Below, in pieces: positions 41,690 through 54,407 of a stretch of DNA of 64,000 bases. Below the pieces are notes generated by a model, which ran no database searches, was not told where the DNA came from, and saw only the letters and a program-made list of their open reading frames with translations. Source of the DNA: Octopus sinensis (lineage: Eukaryota); contig NC_043001.1 in NCBI RefSeq assembly GCF_006345805.1, positions 103,850,001-103,914,000 of the forward strand. The letters run 5' to 3'. Position 1 is the first letter of the stretch, and each line of letters starts with the position of its first letter. The position numbers and the translations under genes are program-made.

Positions 41690-41980
41690 AGCGATGGGTA
41701 TGCGGTCACTTTGAACATATCTCACGGTGTGGCGACCGTGTCCTGCCTAGTTACAGGTTGCCCGTTGGCAGGGCATAGCATCCGTTCAGCGACCCTGCCA
41801 GGGATAAGGGGAGGTTACGGGAGTGCAGCATGGTGGAATGTGAAGATGCAGCGGAAGAGTTCAAGTGAGCCGAGCAGGGGAATGCTAGAAGACCAGCGAT
41901 CAGGGTCACCCAGTTCTATCAGTAGAGTAACTGCAACGCATCCGTAGGGGTGGCATCCACATTATTGCAAACATCTGGTG
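41690..41980 (-). mobile_element. Possible RTE-like 5' UTR or SINE-like fragment
   Basis: GC-richer island ending cagttactctactgatag on the minus strand; resemblance from memory only. Confidence 0.3.
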
Positions 41981-44650
41981 AAAGCTTCATTATGACTCAT
42001 GCTCTCAAATTAAATTACACCGAATTGTATTCGATGACCGCAGAGAGTCACGAGAGTCTGTGCAAGCAACGCGTCCGGATATCAGCAAAAGATTTTGTCA
42101 ATAACGAAGATCGTTTTTTATTTATATAATTTTAAGTAAAACCACGAAGGTATGGTACATCAAAGCCATATCTATCTTCCCCGTTAAGAAAAGCAGCGGA
42201 TATTCTAAAGCTTCATATCAATGATGAGTTCCAGTTATGACTTTGATGCTATTGGCACTACACTTCAGAATGATGTCTCATTTGTCATGTTAGACTCCAA
42301 CCATGACAATCACTACTTCCTTACGCTCAGAAACGCTGATTGGACTTGTTCCTCAGCTGGCCTTTTGCTAAGTTGATGACAACTTGAAAATCTAAAGTGG
42401 AAACATATTCTCAAAGATAGCGAAATCTTCTAACATAAGAATTCCTTTCAAGAAGTATTTTTTGTAGTTTTAAAATAAGTTCTAAACTTGTGCTTGGACA
42501 GTTCTTGTTGCGACATTGTGCTTCTTTTTGAACGTTACCTAAAATATATCTCTGTAAAAATCATCGATCTTTATTCTGTAAGGTTTTAGGACAGACAATT
42601 CTGTGACAAGTTTGTCCTGATACATTAAAACCACTTTCCCTAATTTTTTGGCCCCAATTGTAGGCTCGACTGTTTTAAGAAAGTGTTTTGTTTCTGAAAT
42701 GCTACCCAAAAGAAGACCAATTATAAAAATCTGGTAGCTGAGTTTACGTGAATGCGCCATACCTTTAGAACAGCAGACGATGAATGATTCCTCATTTTCT
42801 CGCTCCATACTTGTAACATGTTATGCACACAGAGCCCAAGAATGCAATTTAATCCGATGTATAATCAGGATTAGGATTCTAAATCAGCCCCACCCTCTGT
42901 TTTTATTGAGGATTGTTTGGGGAAAACATTCTCATTTTTCATTTTCGGTCTTTTCCGCTTTCTTGTGCTACATTATACGTTTCTCCTTTTTTTAAAACAA
43001 AAATCTGTTACCATCGTCTTTTTTACTTCTTTGTGCTTTTTTATATATATTTTACAATTTTTTTCATTTTATCGTCTTCTTCCTTTGTCCACTTCACATA
43101 TTTTCTCACGATTGCAATTTTGGTTTTTATATTCCCTTCGCTTTCTTATTATTATGCATATATAATTTTTTGGAATTCTCATTCTTTTCGAATCTTTTCG
43201 ATTTTTTTTTTTTGCTGTCTTGTGGTGTTTCATTCGCATCAACATTTCTCTTCTGCTCGTGATTGTTTCTAGAAAAGAGAGCATCATCTGGCTTGTTGTT
43301 TGTTTGACCTCACTAGAGAAACAAATACTTTCCTTTCTGTAAGCGCTCGACTGCAAATGGTGAACTGAGGAAGAATAATTTTATCATCCATTTTTTGCGA
43401 TGATTCTCGTCTGCTACATTGTACAAATCATTGATGGCAGCCAATTCAATATTACCACTGAATGTTCGATCCCTATTAATGTATATTTGATATTCCTGTA
43501 GTGAACTGTAAAGAATGAATGGAAGAAAATACCTCCAAATATTGCGTATGTTCTCTATTGCTTCTCGAAGCGTTCGGTAACGTGCGAAAACATTGAGAAA
43601 TAGTGGCACAGTTCTCAATATGCAGTTACAAGTATCTTAAAGTATTTAATATTGATAAGTTAATTAGATTTCTCAAAAATTTTCAATGAATTTCGTAAAG
43701 TACTTTTGTCTTCAGTTTCAATTTTAGATGGCTTCTTCACAAAGAAGACGTTGATCGATAATGTCAATACCAAAGACTAACAAGAAACTAAACTATACCA
43801 ATCTCCTCTTTAAAAAGCTGTCTTTCTAGCTTAGTGGTAGATGACTGGTTAAGTACAATTTTATTAGTAATATAAAAGAAATTAATAATTTTTTAAATCA
43901 ATTTAATACGGTACCACTTTAATTCAGACTTTAGACGTCTTCTTCTTGAAGAGTATATATCATTACGCTTTAGACAAATGTGCTACACTGTCACATGGTT
44001 AAATGAAAGGAGAGGCAAGCAGCGAGAAAAGAGAAAGGGATGCGTTAATGATGTGAGGTAGGCGGAAAGTAATAGTTATTAGATGTTTATAAAGTTAGTT
44101 GAAAGGAGAGAGAAAGAGAAAGAGAGTTAAAAGTACAATAAAAAGCAGAGTGGGGATGCTGTGGTGGTTAAAGAAAGACAGATAGGTAGAGAGAGAGGGG
44201 AACAGTTATATTTAGAGTAAGAGGCGAAGAGAGAGAGAAGAGGGTAGTGGCACTATTGGCAGCCGATGCATTACACTGCCACATAGTTAGTGGAGGTGAG
44301 AGGTGCAGAAAAAGAGAAGGGAGAGAAATGATAAAGACGCGAAGAGGAGAATGACATGGTTGAAAAGTTTGTTGTAGTTAGAGGCAGAGATAAAAAGAGA
44401 GAAATATAAAGTATTTAGCGAAGGGAAGTTTTAAACACCATTTAGAATTTTATTGATAAAAAATAACATTTTAATGTTAATTTTTTTATATATATCTATC
44501 TGTCGATCTATTTATCTACCTATTCACATTGACAAATATATCAGAGATAGAATGATAGATTTTTCCATGAAAGTGAAATTACTTAATGAAATAGACGTAG
44601 ATGTTGTTCTTCTTCTTATTATTATTATTATCATTATTATTATTATTATT

Positions 44651-46340
44651 TTCTTTCGATCACAGGTTTTGTCACAGCTCCTGGAATTTTGCATGCGTAG
44701 TGTGCTTGCTACCTGCAACCGACGGTGGTATGCTATTCGTTCTTGTTAGCAATCTAATACTTTCCTGACTATTCTGTCCGTGCCAAGGAGCCAAAACATG
44801 TGTAACAGTTCTTCTGGGCACTCTATCCCAATTTCCTTTATATTCCTCTTGATGCCTTCTGATACTGTTCTCAAGGACCCAACAATAATTGGCACTATCT
44901 TCACCTTCGTCATTTTCCATAGCCGGGCTATTTCGTACATAAGAAGGTTGCATCTATCTATCTTTTCGCCTTCCTTCTTGACAAATGGACATGCAACATC
45001 AACTATATAGTATATGTGGTGGACTTTGTCCACCACCACTAGGTCCGGTCTGTTATACTCTGGAACCTGATCTATTTGGACTGGGAAATTCCAGAGGATT
45101 TGCTAGTCTTCGACTCCGCCACTCTCTGCGGATTCTGCTCATACCTATTGTCTCCCTCTAGTCCTCACATTTAGCAGTTTCCAGTGTAGCACTTTCGCTA
45201 CCTGATCGTGTCGCCGCAACTTGTAGTGGTTTGGGGCAAGTCTAGAGCATTCGTTCGTGATATCGGCAATGGTTTCATCCACTCTATAACAGATGCAACA
45301 CAGCAGAGACACTTGCTCATTCCTCAGGTTGACCCCCTCCCCACCAATGGCGGTCCTATAGAAGACGGTGCTATTGTTGCTTTTAGCTCCACCAAGACAT
45401 CTCCTCCTGCTAGCCAATGACACAGTCTGTGTCCGATTGGTATTTGCGAGAGAGGTCATCGCAAATAGACCCGAGTTTCTAGGTGGTTACCCGTCTTCAG
45501 TGTGTGTTAATTACTCCCTACTGATGAAGAAGTCATTCCACTCGCAAAATACTATATCCTTTTTTCAACGACACACTGTCGTTGATCTCGTAAAAGAGAG
45601 AGATAAATTATATTAAATCTCTAGACGAGAGATTAACTGTAACAGTTTAGATTAACCCAGTATTTACCATGAAGTGGGTTTTCTTACCATCGTTTTATCA
45701 TGATCCGTCGCTCTTCCAATTTTAGTTTGGATTTCAGTTGTTTTACAGCTTTTCTTGATTCTTCTTTTTCTTCATCGTTGCTAGGTAGTATGATTTCTTG
45801 TTTGTATTTGTCAGATTCCTTAAAGACTGAAAATAGCTTTTGTTTTGTTCGTGTTTTGCGGCTATTTGTATTAGTTTTCATTGCTTCTGAAGCAGGTATT
45901 CCTGTAGTCCTATGGTGGTTATTTTGTATTAGTTTTCTGGCTGTATAAAACCTGGATTAATTCATTTAGAGTCCAGTTAAGAATATGGTAGCTGTAACTT
46001 ATAACCAGGACAGCTAGAGTGTTGATACCTATTATCTTGTTTTTTGCATTCAGCTCTGTTTCTCTCTAACTCGTCTATAGTATTCTTTTCTTATCTCTCA
46101 TTTGTGTGTTATATCATATCTTGTTCATTTATTCCTAAGTATATATATGTCTGGCTTTGGTCTAATTCTCGTATTTCATTTGCTTTATCAGGTGTGACGT
46201 TGCTACTCTTAACTAGTCTTCTTCTTATTATTATAATCTGTTTTTTGAACTTTGTATTGTCAGACTGGATAAATACATCGGCAGCTAGAAAACTAGATAT
46301 AAACAAACAGCCGAACTGCACTGGAATGAAATAAAAATAA
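44651..46340 (-). mobile_element. Second Dong/R4-type LINE, internally deleted
   Basis: IRELDQSQTYIYLGI, CCICYRVDETIADITNECSRLAPNHYKLRRHDQVAKVLHW, IVDVACPF..KIVPIIVGSL; (ATT)n at its 3' flank 44618-44650. Confidence 0.85.
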
Positions 46341-46619
46341 TCTTGGCTCGCAAACAACTTACAATGAGCTCTGTTACTGAAAACTATAATGATGAAGGGT
46401 TTGCGACGGCGGCGGTGGTTTTGGTGTTGGTGGTTTTGGCGGTGGTGGTGGTGGTGGTGGTGGCGGTGGTGGTAGCGGCGACGGCAACGGTGGTGGTGGT
46501 GGTGTGTAGATACGGAAAAGTGTAGTTTTATAAAACTAGTCGTTTTTTATCACCTCTCACACGACGCATGCGCATAAGTATAGTTATTTATCGTCTGCTC
46601 ACTTGAAAATTGATATTTG

Positions 46620-47110
46620 TTTATAAAATATGGATGACTGACGACGTAAGCTAACAAGAGCAAAAATTAGACGACATTGGCAGCGAGGTATCGAGACATC
46701 GAAGAACAAGCGTGGGACAGCAGCGTAGAAGGGAAAATATTAATCAAAGAGAGTAGAGTATTTACAATAGATACGATAACGTGTTCAAGATAGAATATAA
46801 AATGAGAGATAAGTGTAAACATATGGTCGAAAGTTACAGCGCTGGAGACATGAATATTCTCTGTAATTACTGTGAAGTTTTTAGATTTATAAATAAACCT
46901 CTGAACTGCTGAGAGAATGAAAAGTCATGCTCCTTCAATTACAGCCTTATTCAGAAGAACTGAAAAGGTTTTTTTTTTTTTTGTAATGAAAATAAAGCAG
47001 AATATACAATTTCAAAAGAAACACGAATTTTTATGGTTCGAAATACGCTTTCATCTAACAGAACTTCATATTTACGGTGGAACCTCCACAGGTATTTGCT
47101 GGTAGAGATT
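46620..47110 (+). mobile_element. Helitron N-terminal fragment
   Basis: AGDMNILCNYCEVFRF..PLNC..NEKV..LQPYSEELK resembles the Helitron N-terminal Cys-rich region; stops and frameshifts. Confidence 0.55.
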
Positions 47111-47859
47111 AATAGCATGACCAAGAGAACGTGGTATGATTCTAAGTAGCGCTTCTTTTTTTAACCGTTATCCTCAGCTTACAAATGGGAAGAGTATTGC
47201 TTTAATTGTTTCAAGATAATTTCAAGATAATGTCTGTATATGTGTGAATGAAAAGGAAAGCTAAGAGATGGGAACGAAAGATTGATACGAAAGACAAAGA
47301 GAGAAGGCGGAAAAGATACAGTAAGAGTGAATGAGTAACGAAAGCGAAAGAGAGAGAGAGAGAGAGAAAGTACAGAGAAGAAACAGAGAGAGAAAAGAAA
47401 AAGCAAACAGTGTTTGTGTGTGTTTGTGTGTGTTTGTGTGTAAACTTCTTGCACAGATTTCTATATGTTATATATATTTGTGTGTGTGACTGTAATTTTA
47501 TAAATGCATTTGTTTACAAGCTGTTGTTTATATGTTTATATGTTTATAAGCTTTACATCAAGCAGGATCGAATCTATAATCAAAAGCAGGAGTCGGCAGA
47601 CATTATAAAATCACTTCCGGCTTCATGGAATCGTTAATGGCGTATCGAAGAATTCATGGAAATTTAGGAAATAAAATCTAAAAGTATAATTAATGAAAAA
47701 TTTCTTGATTTATAAACAAAATGACCTTCGTACTTTTGTGTTGTTAACATTTTTTAATAAGAAATACTTAAAGAAATTTAATGAAAATACTCTACGAAGT
47801 TGATAAAAAGTCAAATTTTTTTTTTATTTTAATTCCATGACGGGTGCTGCTTTGAAGGA

Positions 47860-48050
47860 TTTCAGTAAACCAAATCGATGCCAGAAATTAGGCTTAAGCC
47901 TGGAACTTCTTTTGTTGGTCTCTCTGCCGAACCGCTAAGTTTCGGGGACATAAACAAACCAAGCAATGGGGGAAAACCACAAAGACACGCACACATACAT
48001 AGACGCTCACACACACACATATACATAAGCACACGAGTTTCCACGCAATT
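47860..48050 (-). mobile_element. SINE family A fragment, diverged
   Basis: ggtctctctgccgaaccgctaagtttcggggacataaac. Confidence 0.65.
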
Positions 48051-48097
48051 TCTGTAGGGGTGTGTGTATGTCTTTGTGTATATATATATATATATAT

Positions 48098-48129
<32 letters not shown>

Positions 48130-48239
48130 ATATATATATCACCGCATTTGATTTATATGGATAATACTATACCAAATTCTGGTACCATATTCATCTGAAT
48201 CTATACTTTGCTGAACTTATATATATATATCTGAGAATT

Positions 48240-48410
48240 TACAAAAAAAGAAAAGGCGAAGACGGGTGTGTAAACAACAAACAGATGTATTAGTTTAACG
48301 GTCGAGAAATGAGAACGTCATTTACGTTTCGAGCCTACGCTCTTCGACAGAGAAGAACACAGAAATAAACAGGGAAAGAAAATAGAAGAGAGAAAATATA
48401 TGTATCTATA
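48240..48410 (-). mobile_element. PLE-like repeat with a hammerhead-like motif (same family as 21905-22450)
   Basis: Minus strand CTGTCGA-A-GAGC gtag GCTC-GAAAC-GTA at 48318-48354. Confidence 0.6.
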
Positions 48411-48460
48411 TATAGATGGACAGATACATAAATGCAAGTAATATATCTATATCCATATAC

Positions 48461-48540
<80 letters not shown>

Positions 48541-49023
48541 AAAAGGGCTTAGTAAAATAAATTACTTTGCCGCATACTGAACTCATTAGAAATAGCAGCT
48601 AAAAAACTTTTTTAAAACTATTTCTAATACTTAAAGAAAACCTCTCTCATATAGTGTTTGCTCAATTCAACTCACGAAAGTATGGGGGTAGAGACATTAA
48701 AAAAATCAAATGCAAAGGTTATTTGAGAACGTACGTTTCAAGATTAGTCAAACTCGACATTTCTATCATCAGCTCAGAACTCCCTGGTTTGGATTTGAAA
48801 ACACTGAAAGTGGGAGCATACCCTTTCGGCTTCCTATCGCTTCTGAAGATCTGCTCGAAACTAACAGTGCCAACAAACTCAAAAATGCAAGCGAAGAATT
48901 TCTGCTCTCCCCTTGAATTCGCCTTAATTGGTCCCTTTGCATGCTGAATACTTGGTGAATTGATTAATTAATTAATTTTACCCTCAATTATATATATATA
49001 TATATAATATATATATATATTAT

Positions 49024-49065
<42 letters not shown>

Positions 49066-49094
49066 GGTATGTATATATACATACATACACACAG

Positions 49095-49140
<46 letters not shown>

Positions 49141-49358
49141 GTGTGTGTGTGTGTATGTGTGTGTGTGTGTGTGTTGTGTGTGTGGTGTGTGTGTGTGTGT
49201 GTGTGTGTGTATGTATATATATATATATATATGGCATATGAAAGACGGAAGATAGAATATACGAAAATTATACATACATGTATACATATATATATATGTA
49301 TGTGTGTATATTTATATATATGGCAAATGAAAGACGGAAGATAGAATATACGAAAATT

Positions 49359-49402
<44 letters not shown>

Positions 49403-50055
49403 GAACACACCCACATACGTGTCTATTCTTTAATTATCGTCTGTCACGAGTTTGGTTTAGTCATGGAGAGGTTGCGTATGTGTAAGGCGTGTCTGCGTAA
49501 GAGACAATGAGAGAGAGAGAGAGACTGGGAGAGGGCGCAGTGCTAAAGATAAGATACAGAGACGATATTATAACTGTGTAGGCGAATTTGTGCGCGCGCG
49601 CGCGATTGTGCTAAGGACAGATGATCGCATCGATCAGAACATGTAGAATTTGCCAAGTTCCTACCACACCACTTAAGTTCCTACCGCCTCACTCCTACGC
49701 TCCTCGTTATTCCCCTACTTCTCAAACGTTCACCATTTCAAATCTGCATATATACATGACTCCATTTGTGTGTGTGCGTGTGCGTGCGTATGTGTGCGTG
49801 CGTGTGTGGACGTGCATGTATGCAGGTATATGTGCATGTACGCATGCATTACGTAAATATCACTTTTAATTAGCCATTATGCCCCACCCTCTTTCTCCAT
49901 CTCCCCTTACTCTCTTTTTCTTTCCGAAGAAGGATCAAAATCAGAAGCGTCAAGACGCCCCACATTCGTGTCACACGTTAAACGAATACCACAAGCAGTT
50001 TCATCTTAGATTTATGCGTTGTTATTTAAACGGTCTGACTTTACAATACATATGT

Positions 50056-50260
50056 GGCAGAATCGTTAGACACGCCGGTCGATACGCTTAGCGGTATATC
50101 GTCTCGCTTTACCTTCTGAGTTCAAATTCCGCCGAGGTCGACTTTGCCTTTCATCTTTTCGGGGTCGATAAATTAAGTACCAGTTGCGTACTGGAATCTG
50201 TCTAATCGACTGCCCTCGATCCCCCAAAAATTTCGGGCCTTGTGCTAGAAGTAGAAAAGA
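50056..50260 (+). mobile_element. tRNA-derived SINE family B
   Basis: tggcagaatcgttag A-box-like, gagttcaaattcc B-box-like, tail gggccttgtgctagaagtagaaaagaat. Confidence 0.85.
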
Positions 50261-50416
50261 ATACATATGTGTGCTTGTGCGCAGGCTTGTGTGCATGAAT
50301 CAATTATATTACACACCTAGTTCTCGTACACACCTACACGTATACACTCCGTCATGCGCACGCGTGCACACACACACACGCAAATATATATACATATATA
50401 TACGTGTGTGTGTGTG

Positions 50417-50472
<56 letters not shown>

Positions 50473-50658
50473 CGCGCGCGCGCGCGTAGAAGTAATTATT
50501 TAGATTTGGGGTATACAGCTTGTATTATATCGATTAAAGCAATTTCTCGGGTTAGGCAATTTCTGATTTCATGTACAGTGTTGATATGTGTCACCAGATG
50601 TGTCTAAGGAATTCTGCAGTATTCATTGAATTTATAGGGAATTAGGAAAACGGAAAAT

Positions 50659-50936
50659 GGGCATATGGCGTAGTGGTTAAGAGCGCAGGCTACTAACCCC
50701 AAGATTCCGTGTTCGATTCCAGGTAGTGAGCTGACTTTGTATATTTTACCCCAGTGTCACTTTGATGGCTTACACTGCTCTCTCACTCAATAATAATAAT
50801 AACAATAATGATGATGATGATGATGACGATGATAATAGTGATAATAATAACATCGGAAAAAATTCCTTAGGAATGAGAACCCGGGCTCGAAATTTCCCCA
50901 AGACACCTAATGAAGGCTGGAGGGTATATCAGCCGA
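50659..50936 (+). mobile_element. SINE-like element: tRNA(Ser)-like head, (AAT)n and hammerhead-like tail
   Basis: TGGCGTAGTGG A box, GTTCGATTCC B box (50711-20); CTAATGA-A-GGCTG gagggtatat CAGCC-GA at 50907-50936. Confidence 0.6.
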
Positions 50937-50939
50937 CTC

Positions 50940-51685
50940 TCCATGTTCTACAATGCTCTTCTGTCTATTTGGTAGACTTACAAGTCTCCTCCTCCAAAAC
51001 TCACTTGTCTGTGACGAAAAATACTGCCCCAGTAATGTTCTGACCTCATCTACAGAATTCATATTTTTTCTGTCCAAATGATTTTGAAGACTGCAGAATA
51101 AATGATAATCATATGAGGCAATGTCCGGCGAATATGATGGGTAGAACATTGTTTCCCATTCAAACTGCTCCAGCCTTTGGAATGTCATCCTTGGTGAATG
51201 TTGCCGAGCATTATTCTGATGGAAGAACACCTTTCGTCTTGAAACCAAAGAAAGTCGTTTCCAAGCTTCTCTGCTAGTTCCTCAACAGTTACGATGGGAT
51301 TTTGTGCCACCAGGGTTACAGGACGTCCTCGTTGAGCTCTACAGATCTTCCAGGACTAGGCTCGTCTTCTGGGCAGTAATTTCCGGCTTACGCTTATTGT
51401 CCGATCTCCATACACTGCATTAATATTCGTGGCACATCCTGTTGCATTGTTGCCTTTATTGAACTCAAAGCAAAATATGCCGAATATGCTCCTTTGTCAC
51501 TCTTATTATAGGTTTGAAAAATTAACTTAAAATTGAACTGCACTCTTCAAAACTTGCACTAAGAATAAGTACAAGGTAAAATTATTACTTGATTTCATAG
51601 CAAGTTAATGCAGGTAGTTCATCCCGTTCCCCTCCGACTTTTAGTTCATGCAATTGAAAAAATTGCATTATTTATAGGATGACAC
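50940..51685 (-). mobile_element. Mariner transposon, internally deleted
   Basis: HQNNARQH...YPSYSPDIASYDYHLF (YSPDLAP motif), N-terminal KEHIRHILL.EFNKG; TIR-like end followed by TA at 51686-87. Confidence 0.85.
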
Positions 51686-51711
51686 TATATATATATATAT
51701 ATATATATACA

Positions 51712-52665
51712 TACTTTGATACTTTGATACATTTCGGCCATTATTGGCCCAGACCATGTCTAACTTAATAACTGGTGAAGTCTTTCAAGTTAGAATTTGG
51801 ACACTATGGCCCACTCAAGTAGAGAGTTATTGTTTACAGAGACATATCCGGGTATAGGAGGTTTATCCGGGATTTCTTGAAGGAATCTGTCCAAAGACTT
51901 CTTGAACCCTATAGGGTCTGTTTCTGTTTTAATGTGTTTTGGTGTAATGTTAAAGAGAGCGGGGCCAATTGAGGTGAAATAATTGTGCCGTATTGTTGTT
52001 ATGAGATGAGAGTGCGATTTTTGTTGTGGGCGGATGGCACGGGGCCCAAGCCTTGGATGTACCTTAAAGGTGATGCCAACATCATTTGGGCAATGCTGAT
52101 GGAATATTTTCCACATCATGCAGATGATGTAGCGCTCACAGCGACGTTGGAGAGAATAAAGTTTTAGCTTTTCTAGTCGACCCCAATAGTCGAGGTGCTT
52201 CAACTTTTATGATACTTTGTTTTGTGTGGGGAGACCACAGTGGACAACAGTATTCAAGGTGGGGTCGGGCAAAAGTGGAGAAGAGAAGAATAATGGTGTG
52301 GATATCTCTCGACTGGAAAGTTCTGAGAATCCAGGAACACATTCTGCGGGCCATGTCAACTTTGGTGTTTATATGAGTGGCCCAGCTTATGTTGTTGTCC
52401 ACAATTACTCCCAAGTCTCTGATGTTATTGGATGCCACAAGAGTTTCACCAGAAGAAAGGGAGTATGGGAGTTTCAGGGCATCCACTTTTCCAAAGTGGA
52501 TTAACTCGAATTTATCCTCGTTCAGCAGCATATTGTTCTTTTCTGCCCATTGGATAACACCCAGTAGATCTGACTGAAGGCATGTCCGGTCACTCGCCTC
52601 ATTTATGACCTTCTGGAGCTTGGAATCATCTGCAAAGATTATTATGTTGCTGTGCTTGATGATGT
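51712..52665 (-). mobile_element. CR1/L2-like LINE 3' fragment
   Basis: IIFADD, LNEDKFELIHFG, IRDLGVIVD, RPHLEYCCPLWSP, SLQRRCERY; short tandem 3' tail (ACTTTGAT)x2. Confidence 0.9.
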
Positions 52666-52666
52666 C

Positions 52667-52740
<74 letters not shown>

Positions 52741-53046
52741 CCGAGGTAATATGCTTATAACCTACATTTCAACAATGGGGTACTGTTGGAGGTCCAGCAG
52801 TGGTCTCAAAGACACACACCTGATGACGTGCGAATACACATCCGTTAGTCGATCATATTCATAAGATATCTATGTAATAGCTATATGATATTTCTAAATA
52901 CTTATATACTACTTGTGATATGTGAAACACTCACCAACTAACAGCTGAAGGCAATGCACAGAAACTGTTGTTATGATTCGGTTTAAAGCTGTTCATTCCA
53001 TCTTCATGAATCATATATAGAGATATATACATACACACACGCGCAT

Positions 53047-53080
<34 letters not shown>

Positions 53081-53114
53081 CATTTAGATACATAGAGAGA
53101 GAGACACACAAATA

Positions 53115-53168
<54 letters not shown>

Positions 53169-53410
53169 GTGTGTGCGTGTGTGTGTGTGCACAAAATATA
53201 TGCATTCACACATGTACGCTTGTGCGTACATACACACCACGCACATGCTCACGTATATATACATACATATATGCATGCTTGCAAGTATGCACACACACAC
53301 ACGATTGGATACATGCATGCATACACGAATGCATAGAGACAGACATCAAATATATGCATACACACTTACACATATATACATATACACATACTTAAGTATA
53401 TATGCATGCA

Positions 53411-53453
<43 letters not shown>

Positions 53454-53618
53454 GTTGTATGCTGTCAATCTAACACGAACGTGACAGTAGGGGGGTACAC
53501 CACCGCTGTATAGCCCTAGGAAGCATCGACGCCTCCTGATGGCTTTGACACATTTTTCCCTGTGTCCTTATATACATTTACGAAGGGGAGACAAACACCC
53601 CCGGCCGCCGGAGCTGCA

Positions 53619-53663
53619 TCTAGGGACACGTGTTTCAGGATCATTGTCCTTCATCGGCCTAGA
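53619..53663 (-). ncRNA. Minimal type I hammerhead ribozyme candidate
   Basis: TCTAGG-CCGATGA-AGGA caatga TCCT-GAAAC-ACGT-GTC-CCTAGA; stems I and II fully paired; GUC triplet. Confidence 0.7.
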
Positions 53664-53942
53664 GTAGCAGACACCGGAAATAGGGAAAAATGTGTCAAAG
53701 CCATCAGGAGGCGTCGATGCTTCCTAGGGCTATACAGCGGTGGTGTACCCCCCTACTGTCACGTTCGTGTTAGATTGACAGTATAAAACCATTCTATCGC
53801 CCCACCACCGTACATGTCTCTACGAGAGATTTAGAAATTTAGTATTTCTTATTTTGATAATCAGTGAATACACTTCACTGAATTATAGATATATACAATA
53901 CGAAGTCGAGACAAATATCGCCAGCTGACCGGTGTCTGCTAC

Positions 53943-53987
53943 TCTAGGCCGATGAAGGACAATGATCATGAAACACGTGTCCCTAGA
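53943..53987 (+). ncRNA. Minimal type I hammerhead ribozyme candidate (one stem II mismatch)
   Basis: TCTAGG-CCGATGA-AGGA caatga TCAT-GAAAC-ACGT-GTC-CCTAGA. Confidence 0.65.
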
Positions 53988-54369
53988 TGCAGCTCCGGCG
54001 GCCGGGGGGTGTTTGTCTCCCCTTCGTATATGTATATAAGGAAACAGGGAAAAATGTGTCAAAGCCATCAGGAGGCGTCGATGCTTCCTAGGGCTATACA
54101 GCGGTAGTGTACCCCCTACTGTCATGTTCGTGTTAGATTGACAGTATACAACCATTCTATCGCCCCACCACCGTACATGTCTCTACGAGAGATTTAGAAA
54201 TTTAGTATTTCTTATTTTGATAATCATATATATATATATATACACATGTATACATACATATATGCATATAAATATACATACGTGCAAGCATAGATACATG
54301 CGTACATTCAAACACATACGTGCATACATATACATGTATATACACACATACATACATATTTGCATGCAT

Positions 54370-54407
<38 letters not shown>

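Larger units (their letters stand above)
37690..43650 (-). mobile_element. Heavily decayed autonomous Helitron (OTU-like domain, N-terminal region, Rep, PIF1-like helicase) with nested insertions
   Basis: Minus-strand fragments in expected order: NCILRTV/SGNIELAAINDLYNV (~43420-43630), CCSKG..KHFLK (~42700), YEALEYPLLF (~42190-42215), YICKYVNKGS..IHERYPPVEQL..KNGQRIYF (~39820-40020), NFRQTSPVIPKSTKADELK (~39040-39100), AILSSTEKH (~38740). Confidence 0.85.
53446..54226. mobile_element. Hammerhead-bearing ~364-bp unit in inverted + tandem arrangement (retrozyme or PLE pLTR-like)
   Basis: 53446-53677 is the reverse complement of 53929-54160; 53678-53863 is a direct repeat of 54042-54226. Confidence 0.85.

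Noticed and set aside
48843-48861. CTGAAGA-tctgctc-GAAAC hammerhead-like spacing
   Set aside because: No pairable stem II and no clear stems I/III
50659-50730. Apparent tRNA-Ser gene
   Set aside because: No closing acceptor stem or variable arm, and it runs into repeat body; treated as a SINE head
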